From: Octopus vulgaris
Lineage: Eukaryota
Assembly: GCA_951406725.2 (NCBI GenBank)
Contig: OX597814.1
Coordinates: 102,424,001 to 102,488,000, forward strand
Length of the DNA: 64,000 nt
Direction: 5' to 3'
Shown: positions 40,826 to 50,908 of the stretch, in pieces
Layout of the letters: every line of letters starts with the position of its first letter
How positions within the stretch are numbered: position 1 is the first letter of the stretch
Translations under genes and position numbers: made by a program
The notes under the pieces: generated by a model
The model's input: only the letters and a program-made list of their open reading frames with translations
What the model was told of the DNA's origin: nothing
Databases searched by the model: none

Positions 40826-41044
40826 CTTTCCGACGCCGATGGACGTGCGTGAATCAGCTCTGTGAGTTTTGTGCCAATTTTATTGGAAATTTTTTAATAG
40901 GCTTGAATATTTTTTAATATTTTTGTAGCCAAACCGACCGGCTTCTTGCGGAGCTCGTCGGTTGGGCGAAAATTTTGCCCCTTCGGGGTGAAATTGCTGT
41001 TTTTTATTTTGAAATTGACATTTTTGCACACACATATTTACAAA

Positions 41045-42905
41045 ATGGCTTTGAAACGAGCTGCTGGCTCTTCCCTCCTTCTTGCAACACCCCCTCCACA
41101 AGAACAAAAAAAAATAACGTCACGGGTTACGTACAACCCATTTCAAGCCGTAAAAGGCAACAAAGATCCTCCTTCCGAACCGGAGAGCACGCGCTCGGTT
41201 CAAAAGGAGAATGCATGCCAGGACGTCGCGTTCGACGTCACTCTTGATTTCCCCCTCTGCCTTCAACAAGTGATGCTGTACCGAAGGGGGAGGTAAAGAA
41301 ACTTATAACAGACACAAACACAGACAAGAACCAACAAAAAACTGTAAAAGCTTCTAACGATTTTGCTTCTGCTGCAAAGCAAATTTCGGAAGATGTAGAA
41401 ATTACAATGGAGGACATAAAAATGGCACAAGATTTGTTGAGAAAGGAGGGGAACAGTGTTTTCCTCAACACACCTCAACAACTCACACAAGAGACAAACA
41501 AAAGAACAATCTTTTATAAAGTCTTCGAAAAGAAAACTAAAAGATTGTTTAACGCCACACCACAACAGTTGGAGATGGCTCTGAAGCCCATTTGGGGCCA
41601 GAAGAGCTATGTGACAAGAGGGAAGCGATTTGGAACCGTGGAGGTTCGCTTCCCAACAGAGGAGCTTGCAAGGGCGAACGCCATTTCGCCCTTGCAAAAT
41701 GAACATTTGTTCCTCGTCCCGACGTACCTCGGGCGTAAGGTACAAAAAATAACTATAAGCACAATACCCCCGAACAGAAAATCTCATGGCTAGTGGCGGC
41801 TGTCCTCTATGGCATAGAGGACACTGCCACTATTCTGAATGTTCGGAGGGTACGAGAAAAGAACTGGTCAGGCATGGGTATTCAACTGCTGGTACAGATC
41901 CAGCAGGAAAACATCAATGCCATACCTGACTTTGTCATCTTGCTGGATGGGACCAGGCTAAATGTTATTGTAGAGGGGCGAAAGCCAAAATGTTTCCTCT
42001 GCAGTAGCGAAAGCCACCTAAAAGGGACTGCCCCATTCAAAAAAAGAGAATGGAGGAGTATAGCAAGAGGCAGCAGCAACAACAACAACAACAACAACAC
42101 AAGCAACAACAACAGAAACAACAAAAACAGCAAGAAAAACCAAAGGCTGCCACACCACCAACACCATCACCAACACCAGCACCAAGACGAACAACACCAC
42201 CTCCAACAACAACAACCACCACCAAACCAACACCGACAACCACCACCAAACCAACACCGACACCAGTACCTCGAAGGTCGACAGCAGCGACATCAACAGT
42301 AACAGGAGCAGCGGCAACCACCGATACCGGTGGAACCAGAAACTTTTCGTCCTGCTACTGAAGCAGACCCCTCAACCATTCCTTTGCCGGATGAAGAGTC
42401 GGATTGTGCGAGCTCTGATTCCAACAAAGGAGAATGGAGTATAGTGCCTCCAAAGAAGAAAAGGAGGAAGAAACAAAAAGATTTACAGGGGAAGCACGAA
42501 CAAATAGTGCTTCCCAACATCAACAACAACAACAACAACATCACACACTCACAACAACAAACAACAACAACACTTTCGACACCACTACTGCCACTGCCAC
42601 ACACACAAACACACACAGACACAATTACATCAATAAACACAAAGAACCAAAAACTAGTGGAGTACTTAAAAAACAAAACTAGTACAAATATAACCGATTT
42701 CATCATACCAACACAAAACACACCACCAGCACACATTCTCACAATAAAAATAAATGCAAAAACATATGATGAAATCAAACAAATATTCCCTAACGATGTG
42801 GGATCGCTAGGGAAAAGTTTCTCGAAGAAACTTTATAAAAACATTGTGGAAGCACCCGTGCAAAAGCACAAGGGAGCCACCCCCACCACCAACAACAGTA
42901 AGTAG
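41045..42905 (+). pseudogene. LINE ORF1 (RRM-like region, CCHC zinc knuckle, Q/T/P low-complexity tail) with four frameshifts
   Basis: ATG at 41045. Track ORFs 40946-41296, 41407-41793, 41793-42302, 42050-42361 and 42330-42905 join into one protein if indels are corrected at ~41251 (DFPPLPS), ~41767 (IPPEQKISW), ~42020 (restores CFLCSSESHLKxDC = CX2CX4HX4C) and ~42317. Basic PPKKKRRKK motif near 42450. Confidence 0.8.
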
Positions 42906-42945
42906 AGCCTTTTTCTCCTTTTTTTTTTTCCCCCTACTTTGAGAC

Positions 42946-45900
42946 ATGGCAAATCTTAGAATCGGTTGCTTGAATGTGAGAGGCCTCGGGTCACCTTGGA
43001 AACAGGGTCACCTGTTAAACGACCTGAGGTTTCATGATGTGGATGTAGCAGCCATCAGTGAAACCAGGCTCTCCGACCCGCAGGAACTCGCAGCCCTTTT
43101 CGGCGGATACGAGATATTTCTATCTCCGTGTCGGCCGGGAGCGGGCGGTGGTGGTACTGCGGTGTTGTTTCGGAAGGGCCTGGACCTGAAAATAAGGACA
43201 GTCTTCTTGGATCCGGAAGGTAAGTTGGTGGTCCTCGACGTCGACGGTGGTGACGGCGGTGCTTTCAGACTGCTGGCTGCCTACGCTCCGACAGGAGCAG
43301 GGCAGTCGGATTATTTCAAACGTCTGGAAGTTTTCCTGGGAACGTCACGCACTCTAGTACTAGTTGGGGATTGGAACGCTGTCTTAGACGAACGTTTCGA
43401 TCGGGTGGGCAGGGGAGCGTCTGTTAGGAGAGGAGGAGGGTGCAAGAGCCTCGCCAACCTACTCATCAACAACAACTGGTGGTTTGCCCTCAAAAGAGCA
43501 ATTAGAGTAGAGTCGATTAGGTATAGTAAGACTCTAGCTATTGAACGTAGGAAGAGAGAGCGGGATTTAGTTAAGAAACTAGACGAGGCTCTTGACACTG
43601 GCATCGCGACCGACGTGTTGGCGGCAAGGTTGGCCCTCGACCAACACTTCGACGCCAAACACGAAGGCTGCGTTGTCAGAGCTAAGGCACGTTCGCTAAG
43701 CGGGGAGGGGACTAGAGCCGCTCGATGGGCCCGCGTGGCGGAGGCGAAGCGAGGCAACAGAGCAACCATTCGGTCTTTGGTGGACCAGAACGGGCGCGAG
43801 GTTACCCAACCGAAGCAGATGTGTACGGTGCTTCAGCGGCACTTTGCTCAACTGTTTGGGACGAGCGGTGGAACGGACACCAACGGTACAGACTTCGGTG
43901 TGTACCTGGACGGACTGCCGCAACTCTCGGACAGCGAGGCAGAGTGCTGCGAAGGACCGATATCTGCCTGGGAAGTACAGGAAGCGATGAAGAGTTGCAC
44001 GAGAGGTAGATCGCCGGGTTTGGATGGTCTGCCCTACGAGCTTTACTTTTCAATGCCAGACTTGTTTGCGGACCTGTTGGCAAACGTCTACTGCAACTGG
44101 CAGCAAAACGGGAGAATTCCTGCTTTTGTCTGTCGAGGGGTGGTGGCTTTGCTAAAGAAGGACCCAAACAAGGGGGACGTTATAGGGAATTTCCGGCCCA
44201 TCACTCTGCTCAATGCAGAGTTGAAGATTTTGGCCAAGGTGCTAGCCAAGAGATTGGCGCTTGTCGTGGACAAGCTGGTCGGCGAGACGCAGACATGCGC
44301 CGTGCCGACCAGGTCGATACACGACAACCTCCATCTCATGCGCTACATCATAGAGAGGGTGGGTAACGACGCTGGCGCGGGTGGGGCTTTGATCAACTTG
44401 GATCAGAGTAAAGCCTTCGATAGGGTCGACCATCGGTACCTGGCAGCTGTCCTCAGGGCAGCCGGCTTCAGTCCAGTCTTCCGCGGGTGGATCGCTGCTT
44501 TATACAGCAACATCTGCTCAGTGATACGGGTGAACGGTCACCTTTCGGAACCGTTCGACATCTCGCGTTCGGTCCGCCAAGGATGCCCTCTCTCCTCCCT
44601 CTTGTACATTTTGACTCTCGAGCCATTACTGCGCAAGTTGGAGGCTTTGAGGGGTATCCCGCGCGATCTAGGAGGCGGAAACAGCGTGTCTGCTTATGCC
44701 GACGACGTCACCGTGGTGGTGTCGAGCCACAGGCACATTGGCCTGATTGGCGAGACGCTAAACCAGTACGAAGCGGTGACAGGGGCAAAGATTAACGCGG
44801 AAAAGTCTGTGGGCTTGCAACTGGGCACCTGGAGAGGCAAGCCCATGCCGTCCAACAGCGTCGTAGGGCGCTGGACAGACGGACCCGTTAAACTGCTCGG
44901 GGTCTGGTTCGGTCCGGACCTCCAGGTGGATAAGAACTGGGAAGAGGTGACGAGCAGGGTGGCACGTCTCACCCAGAAATGGGCCGAGAGGAAGCTGTCC
45001 CTGAAAGGTCGAGCGGAGGTGGCGAATGCGTACATCGCATCCGTCATCTATTACCGCTTGACCGTCGTCCCTTGTCCCGACCGCTGGTTGGCCAAGCTGG
45101 TACGTCTGCTCTTCGACTTTTTGTGGAAGGGTCAGGTGCCACTGGTCAGGCGATCCATCTGCTGTCAACGACCGCTGAACGGAGGCCTTGGAATGCCGTG
45201 GTTGCTGTTGCGCAGACATGCGCTCAGGCTGCGGCATCTCAAGCGCTTCCTAGACGGTGAACAGGTGTGGTCGTCTTTTGTCAGACGCGATTTTCCGCAG
45301 CTCGTCTCTTTGACGGAGCTGCAGACCTGGATCAAACGTAGACCGAGAAAGGGCGCTTGGCACCTCGAGTGCCGTCAAGCCCTCTCCGCCCTCCACCAGG
45401 CGGGCAATGCGGTCGGTTACAGCTCCACTCTAGCGTTCTATAGAGGGTTAGTGGAGGAAAAATGCGACGACGTTCTCGGGGAAACTCTAGGCGTTGAAGA
45501 CGACGAACTGAGCGGTCTGTTCGGGAGGACTTTCGGGCCGGGGCCGATGGATAATTTCCAGAGGTCTCTCGCCTGGCAGTGCTACCGAGGGGCTCTGCCT
45601 GTTCGAGATAAACTCTACCGGCACGGAAGTGCCGTCAGCCGGGCCTGCCCGAGGTGTTGCCAGGACGATGAAACCGTTCTGCACGCACTCGTCCAGTGCC
45701 CGAGTATTGCTGAAATATGGGTTTATGTCGAACAGCTACTGTCACGTGTAGGACGGATCCGACTATCGGCCGAATCCATAGTGAAGATTGCCCCGCCGAC
45801 CTCCTTTAACAAGGAGGGCGAGGCCGTTTTCTTGTGCCTTGTGGCTGTGGCGAAAGAAGTTGTGTGGTGGACTCGTTTGAAAGGGCTAAAGTCAGACACT

Positions 45901-46062
45901 TTCCTCTTTGGTCAAGGCCTCATCAACTTTTTCAAGTTTCACTTGAAAAGGAAGATGAGGTTAGAGAGGAAAGTGCTGTCCGATAGCAAGTTTTATGAAA
46001 GGTGGGTGAATTGTGCGAGACTGGCCTGTATAAATGGACCAGTTCTCAGGTTTCGCCTGTGA
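42946..46062 (+). CDS. LINE ORF2 polyprotein: truncated APE endonuclease, reverse transcriptase, C-terminal CCHC zinc finger
   Basis: 1038-aa ORF. APE motifs NVRGL, ISET, AYAP, GDWN (43366-43377). RT motifs PGLDG, FRPITLLN, LDQSKAFDRV, RQGCPLS, YADD (44695-44706), KINAEKS, GGLG. C-terminal CPRC...HALVQC (45646-45699). Confidence 0.95.
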   Translation: MANLRIGCLNVRGLGSPWKQGHLLNDLRFHDVDVAAISETRLSDPQELAALFGGYEIFLSPCRPGAGGGGTAVLFRKGLDLKIRTVFLDPEGKLVVLDVDGGDGGAFRLLAAYAPTGAGQSDYFKRLEVFLGTSRTLVLVGDWNAVLDERFDRVGRGASVRRGGGCKSLANLLINNNWWFALKRAIRVESIRYSKTLAIERRKRERDLVKKLDEALDTGIATDVLAARLALDQHFDAKHEGCVVRAKARSLSGEGTRAARWARVAEAKRGNRATIRSLVDQNGREVTQPKQMCTVLQRHFAQLFGTSGGTDTNGTDFGVYLDGLPQLSDSEAECCEGPISAWEVQEAMKSCTRGRSPGLDGLPYELYFSMPDLFADLLANVYCNWQQNGRIPAFVCRGVVALLKKDPNKGDVIGNFRPITLLNAELKILAKVLAKRLALVVDKLVGETQTCAVPTRSIHDNLHLMRYIIERVGNDAGAGGALINLDQSKAFDRVDHRYLAAVLRAAGFSPVFRGWIAALYSNICSVIRVNGHLSEPFDISRSVRQGCPLSSLLYILTLEPLLRKLEALRGIPRDLGGGNSVSAYADDVTVVVSSHRHIGLIGETLNQYEAVTGAKINAEKSVGLQLGTWRGKPMPSNSVVGRWTDGPVKLLGVWFGPDLQVDKNWEEVTSRVARLTQKWAERKLSLKGRAEVANAYIASVIYYRLTVVPCPDRWLAKLVRLLFDFLWKGQVPLVRRSICCQRPLNGGLGMPWLLLRRHALRLRHLKRFLDGEQVWSSFVRRDFPQLVSLTELQTWIKRRPRKGAWHLECRQALSALHQAGNAVGYSSTLAFYRGLVEEKCDDVLGETLGVEDDELSGLFGRTFGPGPMDNFQRSLAWQCYRGALPVRDKLYRHGSAVSRACPRCCQDDETVLHALVQCPSIAEIWVYVEQLLSRVGRIRLSAESIVKIAPPTSFNKEGEAVFLCLVAVAKEVVWWTRLKGLKSDTFLFGQGLINFFKFHLKRKMRLERKVLSDSKFYERWVNCARLACINGPVLRFRL

Positions 46063-46426
46063 TTTCAAAGAAAAAGGTAATGTAAAAGGAGAAGAAAGGG
46101 GACTCTCTACACCCCCTTTTTTTGACCAGGCTCCCGTTGGCTTTTGTAGGGTTTTTTCACCAGGAACCTTTCGAAACGTCTCCCCCTTTTGGGAGTTTTT
46201 CATTGTTTTAATAATCATTGTTTTAAAGTTTTTTACACGGATTTTTTAACAAACGGACAAAACCCTTTGTAACCTTTCGTCCTGTCTTGTCCCTTTATGT
46301 AATCATGCGTGTCAGCCCTTGTGGCCAATAAAAAAGAATTGATTATTATTATTATTATTATTTATTATTATTATTATTATCATCATTATCATTATTATTA
46401 TCATTATTATTATTATTATTATTATT

Positions 46427-46636
46427 AACGCAGTGAGCTGGCAGAATTGTTAGCACACTTGACAAATGCTTGGCAGCATTTCATCCATATTCTGAGTTCA
46501 AATTTCACTGAGGTCAACCTTCATCCTGTTGAGGGATGGTCAGTTATATTGGAAGCAATATAATCCACTTCCCCACACCCCTAAATTTCTAGCCTTGTAC
46601 CAAAATAAGGAAAGATCATCATCATCATCATCATCA
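46427..46636 (+). mobile_element. SINE (type B-like) directly after the LINE's (ATT)n flank
   Basis: cagtgagctggcagaattgttagcac head; (ATC)n tail. Confidence 0.7.
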
Positions 46637-49600
46637 TTTTATAATAATAGCAAATATAAATTTTGGGTGGGTGGTTGGTTGGTTGATATCTCCATGAGAA
46701 AGAGATAAAGAGAGAGTTAACACTAGAGATGCAGGATGTGTGCAAATGCTAGGGTTGGTGGCAAGCAAAGTATAAAAGAACACTGCACTGACACAGTGAG
46801 AGAGAAAGAATCATAGAGACAGAGTAGGAGGAGGAGAAGGAATAACTGACAGAATAGTTATACAACAGAAATTAATTTTAAATTTTATTTTACAAAAGTT
46901 AATTGTTATGTGAAGAATAACACAATGGTATATATTGGTTTCAAATTTGGCACAAGGCTAGCCAGCTCGGAGGAGGGGTTACGTTGATTACAACGACCCC
47001 AGTGCTCAATTGGATGAAAGGTAAAGTTGGCACCAGTGGAGTTTGAACTCAGAACATAGAGACAGATGAAATACCGCTAAGTATTTTGCTTGGCATACTC
47101 ACAATTTTGTCAGCTCGCCACCATACCACTCTGGTTAGTATATGTTAACAGAAGAATATCATGTGTGTGTCTGTGTATTTTTAATCATTTAGAGATGAAG
47201 TTAATTCGACATTATTTAAAATAGAACTATTTTGCCAAGATACAGAAAGAATAGGAGTATTGTCATTTAATCTCTTTTGATACCAACCTGCTTGAGACTG
47301 CTCTTGATTCTATGATGCAAACTGCCTGTTTCAAAAGATCTGAATTAAGATTTCCATCAAACTTTCTTGTTAATTTGTGTTTCAAACACCAGCTTAACAA
47401 TGACAAAATTATTTTACCAAATTTTCCATTATTTCTAAAATTAATTAAACTAATGTCAGGGTATTTCAACTGGAATATGGTACCCAGGGGGTTAAACCTA
47501 TGTAAAGCAAGAAAATAAGCTGAATCTCAATAGACATAGAAGAGTGCATATATTCTTAAAGAAGTAAGCTTTTTTGTTTTTCTCACTTAAAATGGGGACT
47601 GATTGATTGATCAGCCTGATATAATCCTATAGATTAGATTTGGTCTTTCATTATGAATTAAGTTACCTGAAAACAAGTAGTACTGGTGCCATGAGAAAAG
47701 TATCCATTATGCTCTGTAATGTGGTTGTCATTAGGAAGGGCATCCAGCTTTGGAAACCATACCAAAGAAGGCAGGCCGTCAAACTGCTCAACCCATACCA
47801 GCATGAAAACCAATTGTTAAATGGCAGCAGTGGTGGCAGCAGTTAAATAACAAGGGATTGAGTAGGTGTCACATTGATGGTAATCGTAAAGAAAAATATA
47901 TGAAGCAGCATGATACACAGCCAATAAGATCTTTTATTTTTAATGAGTAATTCTAAAAAAGAATGTGTGTGACATAGAATGATATGAAGATGAAAGCTTT
48001 CCAATCATTAATATATTTACTTAGGAACCAAAGGTTTATGTTGTAGAAATGTTTATATCGAATTATTGATGAAACTTAGTGACTAGACCAGTAACCAACG
48101 GAATTCTTCATTGCAATAAATTCTGCTGTGTTATTGAAGTTCTGGTGGATATTTATGCTGGTAATCATAATCATAATCTAACCATATTCTATAGAACATT
48201 ATTCTGCTTGTCATAGTATGTGTTCATATGTTATACTTCAAAGGAAATCAAATAGTGAAAATGTGTTTTTCAAGGTGTGAAGTAAAAGTGATTTCCTGAG
48301 CAAAAAGTGAAAATTTTATTATTATATTTTTTTTAATGCACAGAATAAATTAACTATCTTCAAATAATCGTTAAAATCTACATTTATTTATTACAAATGA
48401 TATCTCTAATGTCTTTCAGTAATTGTTTGAGTCTGTCATCAGGAAAGACATAACACCATATAAACTACATTAATAAGAATCTAATTATAAAAGATGAAGA
48501 CTGACATTTCATTTATTTCTTCTTTTTGCACAATTCCGAATTGAATACTTTATAGTATATTGCTGATCACTCCTCTTTTTACTTTACTAACATTATTCAA
48601 TGCTTTCATTTCATCAAAATTTCATTTTTCAGGGAAAATATTTCTTTTGCAAGGTAGATACGTTTATTTTCATATGACAGCAGCAGAAGACAGGAAGATA
48701 TTCCAATCTTTTGTTATCATCCCTGTGTTCTTTATTTCTCATTCTTAGCTTGTGTTATCTCTTCCATTTTCTTGGGACTTCAAGCTTTCAATTTTCAGTA
48801 ACTTAATGTTTTAGAATTAAAGGGAAGACATACGATTCTACATCTCCTCTGTGCTCAGATAATAATTGCCCAGTATATGGCTTACTTTACATTATTGATG
48901 CTAATGAAGCTTTACAATATTGAATGGAAGCACAACAGAATTCAGAATGATTGTCTAATGTGATGAGTGCAATCAACACAAGAAATTATAATTATTATTG
49001 ACCCATATGCAGAACTATATTTTTAAAATTGTTAAAAAACAACAAACCTACAATTGTTTTGCATGCAAAGGTAGCTTCAGTGTCATTCCCATATCAGAAA
49101 AATTTGTTCAACAACATCTGATTAACACATACATCATGGTTACTTACTTAAGACGTTCAATTTCTATGAAGCTCAGGCTTTCAACAACTTTTCTTCATTG
49201 TTCACAATTCTGGGCCGTCTTTCATGCTTCTCTCCTGTTGCATCTCTCTGTTGTTTTTGCAGTTTCCTTTCAGATTTTGCTGCACTATTGTGGCATATAT
49301 TTCCATGGGAGGAAGGCCTTCTTCTCCAGGATTTGCTGGTTTTGAATTGTTATCAATGCTTCTGTAGCTTTGCCTTTTTCTATGTAGGGGTATTGGTCCT
49401 ACACAAACCCATTTTTATTTCTGAGAAAAAGTAGTCAAATTTTGGCACAAAGCTAGCAAGTTCAGGAGACAGGTTAGGTCAATTACATTCACCCCAGTGT
49501 TCAACTGGTACTAATTTTATTGACCTCTAAAGGATGAAAGGCAAAGTTGACTTCAGTAGAATTTGAACACAGATCGTAAAGATGGGCAAGATGCTTAGCC

Positions 49601-50018
49601 TAGTGCGATTTCAATTCTGCCAGCTCACCACCTTAGAGGTAGTCAGTATTAATGTAGACCCTATCCTTTGATCTGTCCAGCATTGAAGGCCCTACCAGGA
49701 GATTGTACTCCACTAGCATAGTTTTCAGGGTCATAGAGGCACACAGACCACCACATCACAAGAACTTGTGGTGGATACATCAAGGTTGAAGGGTAATATT
49801 TATAGTTTGTAAGAAACAACTAATCTGACTTGCAAACAATACAGAAGGGTGATGGATAACCTGACAGCTCATGAACAATCAAAGTTTATTATACTGTTAC
49901 TAACAGCATGAATTTTCCAAATCCTAATTTTGCAATTACCTCAATCATTCATCTAATTCGTTATCACAAAAATCTCAAACATAACGAAGCAGTGTTGGAA
50001 TATATATATACACACACA

Positions 50019-50094
<76 letters not shown>

Positions 50095-50214
50095 TGCATC
50101 AGAATAAAAGAAAATTTATAAAACAGAATTTTCATAGATACTCCTAATTTATTATAAACCATGCAACTGTACAATCTGACAAAAAAGAGATCAACGATAA
50201 CAGAAGTCTATTAA

Positions 50215-50908
50215 AAGAGGCTAAAGTTCTGTTATCATTAACATTTTGATAGAAGATCCATTTTTTTGTCACCAACCACAAGTCTGTCCAAAAAGGGTGA
50301 AATGAGTTCACAAGAATGGAGAGAAGAGCAGATATCAACTTGGGATTTGCAGTTGCTTTTGGATAATTCATGAGGCACCTATTTTCCAAGTTTAGGAACA
50401 TTTCCAAGTTGTTGAAGATGATGATGAACATTTGTATGGTTTGAACTAAGCTTTATTGCTAATTCTTCAACTGATAATGCAGAATTTTCTTCAAGTAATG
50501 CCTCAAGGATCTTATCATCAAACTCAACTGGACGTCGTGTTCAATCTTCATCTTCAAGGCTGAAATCTCCACTTCTGAATTTTGCAAACCATCTTCTGCA
50601 AGTTCTTTCATTCAAGCATTCTTTCCCATAAATTGAGTGTATGTTTCAAGTCACTTCAGCTGCAGTTTGCGTTTTTGTACTCATAAAGCATTATGTGCCT
50701 CAAATGCTCTTTGGATACTTCCATGTTAGAAAGGGTTTTAATCAAAGAAATTTTAATTCTATTATTCTGTAAAATAACATTTAATTAGTTTAAATGTACA
50801 CAAAAGCATAAAAATAATTTTTAATTCCATTAGACATTCTAAAATGCTATTAAATTTCATTCAATTTTTAAAAAGGTAAGATCGGACAGAACTTATGAGA
50901 TGACCTGA
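50215..50908 (-). mobile_element. Truncated mariner transposon (5' TIR plus N-terminal transposase remnant)
   Basis: TIR TA|tcaggtcatctcataagttctgtccgat; ATG at 50724 (MEVSKEHLRHIMLYE); CRRWFAKFRSGDFSLEDED; PFLDRLVVGD(K)KWIFY with frameshift. Confidence 0.85.

Larger units (their letters stand above)
40826..46338 (+). mobile_element. Near full-length Tx1/L1-clade non-LTR retrotransposon (LINE)
   Basis: Abrupt CpG-rich block between two (ATT)n tracts (40802-40825 and ~46342-46426). Contains a ~220-nt 5'UTR, ORF1, a 40-nt spacer, ORF2 (APE-RT-CCHC) and a 3'UTR ending CAATAAAAAAGAA. ORF2 motifs are Tx1/L1-type. Confidence 0.93.

Noticed and set aside
43311-45684. Antisense and alternative-frame ORFs inside ORF2
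   Set aside because: Expected shadow ORFs of a GC-rich coding region; no recognisable motifs.
42946-46062. ORF2 as a prokaryotic RT (retron, group II intron, DGR or defence RT) or a domesticated host gene
   Set aside because: APE remnant, upstream CCHC ORF1, C-terminal CCHC motif, UTRs and microsatellite flanks are diagnostic of a non-LTR retrotransposon; there is no evidence of exonisation.
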